Source: Blastocystis sp. Blastoise (Eukaryota; Protista; Bigyra: Opalinata). Taken from it: a stretch of DNA of 64,000 nucleotides. The position numbers and the translations under genes are program-made. Numbering within the stretch: the first letter of the stretch is position 1; each line of letters begins with the position of its first letter. Below the pieces are notes generated by a model that was not told the DNA's origin, made no database searches, and saw only the letters and a list, made by a program, of their open reading frames with translations. Positions 14,897 through 28,053 of this stretch are shown in pieces. The stretch covers positions 434,001 through 498,000 of the forward strand of contig JBBPEB010000013.1 in the NCBI GenBank assembly GCA_039096225.1. Reading direction: 5' to 3'.

Positions 14897-15599
14897 TGTA
14901 GATATTCCATCATCTTCCCTCCTTCTTCTTCCCGCGGAATCCCTTAATGAACTGCTCTCCATAGTGATGACTACTTTCCTATCTCTTAATTCCCCGCGGG
15001 ACATTCTCTTTGTCTTACAACATTCTTCGATGATCCCTCTATTTATCCTTCTTTATATCTTGTAGAAGACACTGTTTAAGGTATATATATATATAAATTA
15101 GTTTGAATTATGATGTCATTCTCTCTTATTCTTTTAGTTTTATATATATATATATATATAATTTTCCTCCCCTTTACAGATTCTCCTGTTGTTCCACTTC
15201 GTTACTCGCTCTCCCTTCATCCCCGCCCTATATACAAAGACTTTACAAGTATTCTTAGATAGAGTTGGATTAGCGAGTAAAGACTCTAATTATGTATATA
15301 TATATAATAATAATAGTATTATTATTGTTTTTGTTTTTTTCTATTACTCTCTATATATCATTAAAAACATAATATTAATACATATATAATTATATTTCTC
15401 TATAGCACAAAACGTTACTCTCTTCGAACATTCTTCGTATCGACATACAGAGCGTCATTCGACCCATACATCATCATTTCCAATATAAAACGGATGACCA
15501 TGATTGTACATATACCATGACTATTAAGGCCGAATATGAATTTATGGAGAAACTAAAGAAGAGTCCAGATGATGAAACGGCACAACTTATTGTATATAT

Positions 15600-15891
<292 letters not shown>

Positions 15892-16316
15892 TATAGGTAT
15901 CTTTAACAGAAGAACGTATAAGAAATGCTATAGAGAAAGCAGTTCAGATGCTATTAACGAAATCCTTACCTGAATGTTATCCTATGTGTTTAGTATATCA
16001 TATATTTGGTCTTTATTATTTAAAATGGAATCGTTTTTGGCAGAAGCTAACAGAATGTTGTGTAAGAATTGCGAGTTTTGATAATAAATTATATTGGAAT
16101 TGTTTTTATGAAAAAGCATATCTTATTAATGGTTATATAGATATAAATATATATGATCATATAGGATATAGTATATTATCTAAAGAAGAAAAGAGATATG
16201 GTATCGTCTATGGTTTAGAACGATTACAAGATAGATATAAACATTATATTAAATATTCTACACTTACATTTGTATTGAAACAACGATTATCGATGGGAGA
16301 AGAACTACTTTATGGG

Positions 16317-16427
<111 letters not shown>

Positions 16428-18193
16428 ATATATATATTATATAGTTATACAGATGTTAATACTTATTGGACGTCTTTATTCTCTTCTCTTACTGATGTAG
16501 CTACTTATATTCGTCCATATAATAAACAATTTATGGGATTCTTTATAGATTTCTTAAAGAAGAAATATTATGGTTATCGAATAATCTATGATGTTGAAGC
16601 TCGTGATGTGATGAAACCAATTCATACTGAATTCGAAGAACTTCTAAAACAAAAGAATATTACTACTCCTACTATTATTCATAAAGAAGAAGAAGAAGGA
16701 AAAGAAGAAAATCAAGTAAATAATGAATTAGAATATATGTATAATTATACGTTACGTCCACGTGATGCTGATGCTCGTCTGAAAGTCTTCTTAAAAATAT
16801 TCAGTAATTGGCCTGGTATTCAAAGTATTTATTTAGCTGATTCTTTAAAGAATATATGTATATTATTATTAAATAAGAATGATTCTTCTTTACAGAAATT
16901 ATGTGTTGAAGTATTATGTTGCTATAGTAATTTACCTACTGTTCTATATAAGGAAAGTTTATTAGGATTATGTGATGAATTGAATTATCGTGATACTATG
17001 TTAGGATTATATATAGAGAAAGATCAAGGAGTTATCAAAGTAGAGCATAGAGATCTTATTATACCTATTATAGAACGTATTTTATATGGTAGACTATTAG
17101 ATAAGAAGATGAAATCGAAAACACATTATTATGGAAACTTGCTGCTATTTTAAATTATTTATCTATATTAGATTATGAAGAATTAAAGCCATTATTATTT
17201 ATGATATTATGTTCATTTACAAAAGATTTATTTATACCTTCTGTTCAATCAGAAGAAGATGTAGCTATATTATTAACTCATATATCTGTAAAGAAAGTTC
17301 CTGATACTCGTAAATTAGGATTTTTGAATAGTTGTTATGATTTAATACGATATATGAGAGATCGTAGTAGTTCTTTTATTCATTATATATTAGCTGCTAT
17401 AGGATGTAAATTAAAAGATAGTTATGATAATAAAGAGAATTTAGAAGATTTATTAAAAGAAGATGAACAAATAGATACAAATGGAAATGATGATGATATT
17501 GAAGATATTGAAGATATTGAAGATGAAGATGATAATAATAATGATAATAATGATAATGATAATAATAATAATAATATGAAAATTGAAAATGAATTATCTA
17601 CAGATGCCACTACTATTGCTACTACTTCTTCTACTACTTCTAAAGCAGATTCGAATAGAATTCGATGTAAGTTTATTCAACGTCGTATACGTGGTTTATG
17701 TATAAAGAGAATAGTTGAATGTATAGGTTATTTTAGTAGTTATAATTATAAACAATGGAAATCATTATTATTTGATCCATTAACTCCTTTGTATGAAGTA
17801 TTACATAATACTATATTAGGATTAAAGAAAACACCAGTATTATTAAATTACCTCATTTAATATCATTTTCTCCTTCTTTATATTATTTATATGATATTCA
17901 ACCTTTATTATTACCTACTTTAGTGGAATGTTTATCATTAGGTATTGATTCTGGTAAACAATTAGGTGCTAATATTGTTAATGATATTATTGCTACTATT
18001 AATAATATATTAGGTATTAGAAGAAGAAATGGATAATTTTGAGAAATCAACAAAGAATGAAAATAGAGAAGAAACTGAAATGAAGAATAAGATGAGAAAA
18101 GAAATGAAAGAAACTGATAGTGATGATGAAGATGAAATCGAAAAATTAAAAGAAAATATTAAAGAAAAAAAGAATAGAAAGGATCAACGAAAA

Positions 18194-18196
<3 letters not shown>

Positions 18197-18287
<91 letters not shown>
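18197..18287. repeat. (TA)n microsatellite at an intron 5' end
   Basis: About 90 bp of pure TA directly after CGAAAAGG. Confidence 0.95.
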
Positions 18288-18290
<3 letters not shown>

Positions 18291-21200
18291 ATTTATTATT
18301 TTATTATTATAATCATTATTTTATTTATTTTGGTTATTATTGCCATATTTATTACTATTATATATATAGAAGAATTATTAAATCGTATGTTGACTAGTAA
18401 GGTTATAGCTTATATTTCATCTCTTCTTGATTCTATTCTCTCTCATATTCAAAGCAGACTGAAACTTATACATAATTTTAGATCTGGTATTAGCGTTAGT
18501 ATGCTGATATATATATATATATATGTATATATTTTTTATTGTTATTTTATTATTCTTTCATATATATATATACATATTAAATGAAACTGGGTTGAATATA
18601 GGTATCAAGAAGTACCTAAATGTGATTAAAAAGTTGAATAGTTTCTTTTCTTCTGTCTTTTGTATATTAATGCTTAAAGTAATTATTTCATTGCTTCGTT
18701 TAGTTTGAATATGTTTGATGGCTTATATCAAATAAATGATAGCTTTATTTGCTCATTTATAAAGACATTTTTTTGTATTTAGGTTAACTTTGTCAAAAAT
18801 ATTATGATTTATGGCCATGTATACAAATAAGGTGAAAAGCCTTTCATTCAGTCTGATGACAAAACTCATGAGTATCATATTTTGTTACAAAAAACTTCCT
18901 TATGTGTTTGATAAATTCAGCAGAATTAAGCATGGCTGAAAAAGTGTCACAAAATTTGGTGGCAAGTGTCACCAAAGTCAGGAAAGGACTGACTATTTGA
19001 TTATTTTTAAAACTTCAGTCATTCTTTAAAAATTTCAATGATAATTTCATTCTTTTGTTAAAGATTCAAATCAGAATAAGATTATTGCCTATAATATTTT
19101 TTCAAACTTGCTTTCTATCTGCTTTCTGAACTAATAATGGTTTATCATTAAGATTCATATTGGTTTTTGTTGCATTGTGAACTCCTCTTAAATACTAGTC
19201 AATATCTACTACATGATGATTTCCCATTGTTTGTTGATTGCTTTGTTACGTACTTGCTCGTTATGATCAGTGTTCAATACACATATCTTACAATGTGCTA
19301 CGTGATGGATACTTATCAGTTACTTATTCTTGGAATGATTACTTGCAATGTATAATTTTATGAATATTTACAGTTTGTTGCCTTCCATTTATTATTTACA
19401 TCTGATTTGGTTACTCACCAAACTTCCTTACTTCTCTTCTTGAATTAGTATACTCATTTTCTTTTTGTAACTTTGCGATTAATGAGATCTTTATTTATGT
19501 TGTTTGTATGTTTGATTTTATTCGACTAATGTGCTTTTGATTGCTTGTTCTACTTTATAAGTGCTAATTATTTTGTTTTTGTTTTTTATTTTTCTGATAC
19601 TTCCTTTTTTCATACTGTATTATAATGGTATTTATATATAACGATGACATTTTCTTATAGATTTACTTATTATGAATTTTCTTATTCTTATTCTAGTATT
19701 TAATAAATACTTAAACACTTCATCTCTGCGATTAATACTTACTATGGTTACTAACATACATAAGTTTCTACTGAAGATAGTAGCAGATTAGTAACAATTG
19801 ATGTTTATTTCTTTTCATCCTTAAATCCTTTTGTCTATATTACAATATTATCATGTACTCTTATTCTATCAAGTTTACTATTATAAGTTTTTGAATGTTT
19901 TAGTATCTTATTGTGTAATTCTTTAATATGCTATTATACAGGAAAGTATCTATATGATATTTCTTTGTTGTAGTTTTCTGTATAAAATTTTTGAATTTCT
20001 TTTTATTCTTTGTATATATTTTCATCTTGGTTAATTATTCTTCAACTTCTCTTCATGTTATCGTTAGTCTACTATTATATATTGAATTTTTAGTTATAAA
20101 CCTTATCTTATTTCCTTATCTTATTTCATCTTTTGTTCTTTTAAGGTATTATAGCATTACATTAATTGTATTAGTTTTCTGGTTTTTCAGTCTCTTCCTA
20201 TCTTCTTCGTATGGTATCTTTATATTTATTAGACTCTTCATTTCTTCTGGTGCTTTTCAATTATTATGTGATCATTCGTAATACTTCACCTGCATGTTCT
20301 TTTCCCTTTATTAAAGAGTTTCTAGATGTGCTATTTTTATATTACTTTTATATTATCCTTAGTTGATATTCCTTTTTCTCCTATGATAGAATTCTTTATG
20401 TTCTTATGTTATTCTAATAGTCGTTTCATATTTCTCTATTAAACATACTATGAGATTTAATGACGATTTTCTTTTCCTTTAATAATTACAAATTCCTCAC
20501 TATTATATATTATTATATATCTTAGTTTTATTATTCTAACAGATTTATTTTTATATTTGTTTCTATAATTGAAAACATACTCAATTAATTTATTTTCATA
20601 TTTCATTCAAATATACTCTTCATATACATATTCATATCCTTCATTTATGGTTTTCTTCGTTTTCTCATGTTCTATATATTATCCCATGGTCTACTTATTT
20701 TTGTGCCTATTTTTAATCCTATACTTCCTCATTATCTCTATTTCTTTATCCACTTTTCTTTTATTTCTAGTGCTTCTATTGTGTATATTGTGTGCTCATT
20801 ATTAGACTTATTCATTTTAATACTGCTTCATCATTATCTCTCTTCATATTCTTTAATGCTCATGTTTATTGTATTTCCTATTTACACAGTTATTATTTCA
20901 GAAGCATTTTCCATTTCTTGTCTAAATAATATGGGTTTGAATATTTTTATTAGTCCTATTTCTTACTATCGTTTTTTATAATTCTTCTCGTTCGTTTCCT
21001 TTCTTTTTCTTTCCAACAATTTCTCTCTTGGCACTACTCATCATGGATTTTAGTAATCAAAGTTAGGATTTGTTCTCATTGTTGTATTACTATTATCTAT
21101 ATACCACAAAAGATATTTTTATTATTTCTCTTCATTCTAAGGTTTTGCTCTTTTTGTTACTTAAACATATTTATATGGCTACTCTTATTTATTATTATTG

Positions 21201-22992
21201 TGTACATTCTCTTCTTCTTATTTAATTTTTTATAAAAGCCTAGTATCTACACCTTCTATTCCTTCTATTCTTTCTCATTTCTAATTACTCTCATTTTCCA
21301 AAAATGATATAATTATATAATAGGATCTATGTCTCCATATTTCTTTCGTACTGTTATTTAATAAAATACTATCTCTATTTACTTTAAACCATTTCAACTC
21401 CCTTTAACTTATTATCTATATACATCTTACATTCATGCTGATATGAATACTATAATACTATTTGTATTTCTTCTATTTTGTTGAATACGGTTGAGGTAGT
21501 TCTCGAATTGTTTATTTTCTAAATTTATTTTCATTTCTATTACTTTAGATATTATATCTTCTTAAGTGCATATGTACATAATTAATATGCTTATATATAT
21601 TTACACCTGCTTTTTCCGTTATCAGCCGTTACTTCATATTATTTATACAATGTCTAACTATTATATACAATTTACTCCGTTTGTTCTTTTACTCATGATG
21701 ATATAATATAGAAATCAACTTCTTATTACTTCTTATGGTTTATTTATTGTATTTCTATTTATAGATTTATATATATTTTTATACGAATATTGTTCTCTCT
21801 TCATGTTATTGTCTTTAAAAATATACTAAAAATAATTATTATCGTCTCTTCTACTCATTTATCACTGCCGATTATAAATTCAGTTGATATATGCATTCTT
21901 CCTTCTTCTTAACTTCAAATTTTATTTACAAGTTTTTAGTTATCTTCTTTATGATCTACATATATAAATATATTCTCATTAAGTCTATGTCAATCTTTCC
22001 AATAATTTTTCTTCTGATAATCTTTCAAATGCTAACCTTTATATAATATCATGAATCTTAATCTAATACTTATTTCATGCTATTATAATATAAAATCCAC
22101 ATTACTTTCTATTATATCATATATTCTAATACTCTTTCGGATATATATAATCCCTCATATGATACTTAATATAGATATAACACATCTTGCTCTTTCCTTT
22201 TGAATTCATGTATAAATATAAAATTGTTGGTGTAAACGATTTAAGATTCCACTTTATATATATGTTTTGGAAAATAGTATATTCTTTAGGAACCAATTGT
22301 TATCACTCTCTTTGTGATATTTGATTGATAAGTCAGGTAAATGATTTTAGTAGTTATTTGGTTCTTTCTATTGATACATTATGATTGAAAATATATTTTG
22401 CTATTTATTTATATATTTAATCTTCTTGATTAGATATACTATTTGATTTAAGAAGAGTATACTTTATAGTTGTATATTATACTTTTGATTGAATAAAGAT
22501 TCTTATTAGTATTGGATATTGTTTTAAAGTATTATACTAGAGAGATTAGTATATATGAAATAATTACTTCTAAAATAATATTTATTTTTCATATAAGTAA
22601 TAATATTTCTCAGTTATTCGTTTGATCTGAATATAATAGTACTTGAAAAAGAATATAATTAGAAAAATAATTGAAATATAGATAAAAATTATTAAGGAAT
22701 AGTGATTCTAATTAAGAAACTATATACTATTGATATAATCAAATATATAAAGGAATATTCAATGTCATCTATTTATAATTATATTTAAAAGATAACAGTA
22801 TATCTTCTTGAGTTAATTAAAACAATACAAATTATAATGTAACAATAAAACATTATGGAATACAAATAGTTAATATAATGAAAACAATATAAATATATAA
22901 ATATTAATAGTAAAAGAAATCAATGTACTTTGTAGTATAAATACAGTAATTAAGTAGTTGGATTAGATTAGTGATTTTGTTGCTAGATGTTA

Positions 22993-25728
22993 TCAATCGA
23001 GTTTCTTTTTCTTTAATTTATCTATATATAATTAAGAATAGATTCTATATTATGTGAATTATGAATATAATACTTATAATATACATACGCTCTAAAACAG
23101 TAGTTATAAGTGATGAAGAATCAATGATATCAGAAGTTAATCCAATTGTCATTTGGGTTGTTGGATTAATAGTGTTTCTGTATTTGTTTTTTATATACAC
23201 GAGATGACTGAAACCGCTCTCACAGAGATATGAAGTTGCAAAGGGAAGAAAACATTTCTTGGCTATATCATATAATAATGGAAAACGACTCTTATGGCTT
23301 ATATAGAACTCATCTATTGGTACGTTATTAAATTCTTCTCTACATGTTTTATCAGCAAGTAAACAGAAATACTCTTCTTTAACATGAAACTCCATTTTAT
23401 TTTCGTCAGCTACTTTTGAAAATGGATTAGTAATCCAATATAAAGAATGATCAATAAGATTAGTTGTTGGTGTATTTTTTGGTTTTTTTATGTTACTATT
23501 CGTTTTCTTCTGCTTTTTATTCTTTTGTACTTCTCCTTGATTTGTATTATTACTTATTTCATTTGGAATGATTGCCCCAAGAGTTATTATACAATTGATA
23601 TTAGCCTGAATTATATTTATATTACTAATGATTCCATTGTATTGTCCTTGAATACTACTATTAGGGAAATTATTAAGAACACCAGAAATACTACCTAAAG
23701 TGTATCCATATACTAAATATGGAAAGTCAATTCTAATCGTTACTTGAGTTTCTATTAATTGCTGAGTAACTATGTCAACATAGGTTATTAAGCCATTTAC
23801 AACTCCATTTGGAGATACGCAACCTTGTAATGATCCAAGAATATTAAATTGGTTTGATACTACTGATGTATTGTTATTAACATTACTATTCACTTCATGA
23901 GATATATTTGATGTATTATGTGTATTTTCTTGGTCTATTAAATATTCATTAAGGTCTTGAAGATACGATTCATCACTACCAATATAATTTAGTATTTCTG
24001 GGAAATAATTCAGTAAATTACGTCGAAGAGTTATTAGATGATTTTTGATATAAAATATGATTGAATTAATATCAAGCTTGGTTGTAGATACATAATCCTT
24101 AAGTTTCGTAAATGATGAATAATCGTTATTATTTATTAGTCTTTCTAATCTCAACGATAATTTTATAAATAAATCCTTCATAATGTCTATTAACCCAAAT
24201 ATATATCTATGCTGTCCTTGCATTGATTTATTACAATCATAGAATAAACTGGTAACATCCTCAAGGTATAACATTGAAGCTATGAAGTTAGTATCAATAA
24301 TGGTGTTATATAAGTCCTTCTTTTCTTTATCCTTTTTTATTACTAGTGTTATTCCATTTCTAAGTAAATTAAATCTTTTAATTGATGAATGGCATGAAAG
24401 CCATCTTGTAGGGCAATAAAGGAGAAGTTTATAACTTCTAATATTTTTTTCCTTTTTTTCTTCCTTCTTATCATTACTATAAACTTCATGAATATTATTA
24501 TCTATATTATTATCTGTATCAGATGTATCTAAAAGGGATTCAACTACTTTATTATATTCTATCTCTAAAGAAGATATATTATTAGGGGAATCAGGTATGT
24601 TATCTTGAGGAGAGAAGATAGAAGAGGTTAATGAATATTCATTATCAATATTGTAATTATTGGATTCGTCTTGTCTAACAGCAGACTTCTTTATATATGA
24701 AATTATCTCAACAGCACTTTTGAATATATTAGTGAAGTATTTTGGTAAACAGTTTACACAGAGTTCTTCTCTATGAAGAAAACAGTGGATGAACATACAA
24801 TTCTTATTCTTCTCTAGTACTCGTGTTTTGAAGGAGTTTTTGTCTCCATTCATATTCGAAGCACCGTCAAAAGTAGCTGATACGCAATTATTCCACAGAA
24901 GGTTATTATTATTAAAGAAATTATCTACCATGTTAAATATATTATCACCTGTTTTGGAACTAATCTGAAAAATACTTAAAAATGATTCAGTAAACTTTTT
25001 ATTATATTCGTATCTAGCATAAACGAGTAAATAGGATTTCATTTCTATGTCAGTTGACTCGTCAAGCTGAATAGAAAATGATCCTGATTGTCTTATCCTA
25101 TTTATTACTTCTTGTTGAATTGTCAAAGCAATTTCATCACTTTTTCTTTTGATACTGCTTGAGGATAACGGAAGATTAGAAAGGACTTTGACATTCTTTA
25201 ACCTTTCATATTCTTCAATAATAGGTTTAACTAATTTTTCTCCAGTTCTGTAGCTGTATCCATTCTTTGAAATGGAGTAGGCGATGAAATATGAAAGCTT
25301 ACTGGATAAATCTGAAAAGCTAAAGAGAGAATTTGAGTATTCTGTGTTTTCATTATGATCTTTTAAGAGTTCTTGAATGTCATCATATGTATATTTGCTT
25401 AACCCATGTTTATTCTTGAAATGAGTGAAGAGTTTTGAGGCTTCATAACCTTTACACGTGAGAGTAGACTCACAGATTAAACAAAAATAGGAGTTTTTTG
25501 TTAATTTTTTAAATCCATAAACAACTGGATTGGCATTATATCTTTTAACTCCTTCTTTTACTTCACTATAATATTTGGATTTAGGATTAATATCTGGTTT
25601 ATTATTCGTTTCTTCTGTAATTATGTCATCATCTTTTTTTTTTTTCGTCTGTTGTAGACTTGTCAATCTATATATATATATATATATTACTATTAATATA
25701 CTTGTAATTTTTTAAAGTACTGTTCCAT
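22993..25728 (-). CDS. hAT-superfamily transposase, Buster/Charlie (ZBED5/SCAND3/GTF2IRD2-like) type, 3 exons
   Basis: BED-like CLIC...HFKNKH; catalytic motifs FSIQLDESTD, TFDGA and YLCESGFS; HCFLHRE; TRWLS; WITNPF; C-terminal dimerisation region. Exon 1 MEQYFKKLQ (25728-25702); terminal exon 23021-22993 (HKLKKKKLD*) after intron 23088-23022. Confidence 0.93.
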
Positions 25729-26233
25729 GTATTTAAACAATAAAAAAAGTTTATCTAATATAGAATGTTCTTTTTGGTTTAGCAAAACATTTTCCCTTAT
25801 ATTTTTGTTTTTCCCGTGTTTTCATCACTTAAAATAACTATGAAAATCACGGTAATAAAAAAGTAACTTTGTTATTTAAGCGCAAAAATTTTGGTCCTTT
25901 CGCTTAACGAGTAACTACGTGGTGACCCCTGCAATCCACTTATTTAATCTGAAACGATTTGATCTACGCGATCCCATTGGACGATTCCTCAGTCACCAAT
26001 TATTTTTCTGGAAACATACAATAAAAAACCGCGAAATAATCAAACATTACGGTCAAGAATTCAAAAAAACCGAAGTGGCGAAAACAAATTCCTCATTCTT
26101 ATTGGAGCAAAAGGAGATTATGCATTTCTATTTTCCCTACTAAAGAAAATGGTGTATAAGGTTGATTTGGAAACAACTAGTATTTTATTACTTATCTTTG
26201 CTATATATACAATATTTCTACTATTAAATTTTA

Positions 26234-26675
26234 ATGACTACTATTAATAAATTTGAACTCCCAATATCCAAAAAGTTAGCTCCCAGAAGTTCCTCTGTCA
26301 ATGTTATGCATCCATTTGGGGATGAAAGTTACGGAGGAATCCTGATTCGTGACAACGACTATTCAAACATTGAATTAGGAGATTTCAGTACAGAATATCT
26401 AGTACCTCTGTAAGTTTTTTTTATGTTACTGGCTAGTTGTTTTATTTGATTATTGTTTTCATTTTTATAGTGGAGAAGAGAAGAGTTTTAAATATAATAG
26501 GAGAAGATCTCAACGACTTCTTAAGTTCAACGATGAAATAGGAGAGTCTCTAGAAACTGTATTTTTTTAAATGCTTCCTTTTAATATTATTCTTATTTAT
26601 TAGGTTATTTATGATGACAATCTCGTATATCCTTCTGTACATAATCAAAGTCAAGGTTGTTGTACTATTTTCTAG
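26234..26675 (+). CDS. Small (111 aa) putatively prenylated protein ending GCCTIF*, with an RVxF-like motif (RLLKFNDEIGESLETV)
   Basis: Exons 26234-26409, 26471-26558 and 26604-26675 join in frame through GT-AG introns; terminal CaaX box with an adjacent Cys. Absent from the ORF track. Confidence 0.8.
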
Positions 26676-27289
26676 TCATTACATATTCATTGAACCGTTA
26701 TCATGCATCTATTTCTCTTTTTTATTGATTCTTTTTCTTTTTTAGTGATATCATATTTTTTTCATTTATTTTTTTTCTTTTTTTTATGAAATTATTTTTC
26801 CTGTGACTAGAATATTTATGTATATATTTTTTTTCTAATCCTATTTAATATATATTCTACTCTGAATCAGTTCATAAACGTTTATATACTTTATATATAT
26901 ATATCATTTACACTATTTATAGAACTTTTATCTGTTTTCTATTTTTAGTTCTTTTTTCTTTTAATTGTATTCTTTACTGATATATATATATCTTTTTATA
27001 ACTCGCTATTCAATAGACATTCTGTCTATAATTAGTCTTTTTAAGTTTATATATTTTTCTATTTCATGTATACACTATAATCTACTGAAATCTTTTTCTT
27101 TATTTTGCGAAGTCATTGCCAGTTTTATAGTTTTCTTATATTGTTTATAGATTTTATTTGTATTTCCTTTTTAATCTTTATATTATCTTTTATATAATCA
27201 CTTGTACTATCTTTTATATTTGTTTCTATAATTCTATTTATATTCGTCTATTTGTTTCTATAATATAATTTATCATATTCTAATATATA

Positions 27290-27460
27290 TATTTTTTTAT
27301 TGTTTCATATATATTTTTTACTATTTCATATATATATATTTATTGTTTCATTTCATATATATATATATTTATTGTTTCATTTCATGTATATATATATTTA
27401 TTGTTTCATTTCATATATATATATATATTTATTGTTTCATTTCATATATATATATATATT
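27290..27460. repeat. Minisatellite, ~30-bp unit tatttattgtttcatttcatatatatatat
   Basis: About 5 imperfect tandem copies. Confidence 0.8.
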
Positions 27461-28053
27461 TTCGTTTCCTTCGTCTATATATTTAATTATATATACTATC
27501 TCTTTATTGTCTATACATAAGCATGTACTACTATTCTTGTATTCTCTTCTTAATTCTCTATGTATAGCACTTTCTTTATTATCGTTTCTAATTTATGTTC
27601 TTCTAGTGATAGGTATTTCTATATATAATATATATATAATACATATATGTATAAATACTATAATATACATTATGTTTATTATTCATTGCCTATCATTCAT
27701 TTTGCTTTCTTCATCTTATGAAGATTATAATATATATTTATAAACATTATTATAACATTACTTTTCTATTTTGAAAGAATAATATTTATTATCATTTATT
27801 CTTATAACACTATTGGCTCCATTAGTATATTTTCTATTTTTCATATTATTTTTCTATGTTTCATTACTATTTCTTTATGCAATCATTTATTATCACAAGT
27901 TATTCATCGTTTCTTACTATTTCATATAAATACTTAGTTTTTCAATTTTGCTTTTATATACTATTCCAATATGCATTTGTTCGTTGCTATTTTTCTTTTT
28001 TTTTAATTTCATTTATTTTCATTTTTGTTTTGTTTTAGTGGTTTCTTTGAAGG

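Noticed and set aside
25919-26143. 74-aa GTG-initiated ORF at the transposon edge
   Set aside because: It spans the element terminus and a promoter-like region and has no protein features.
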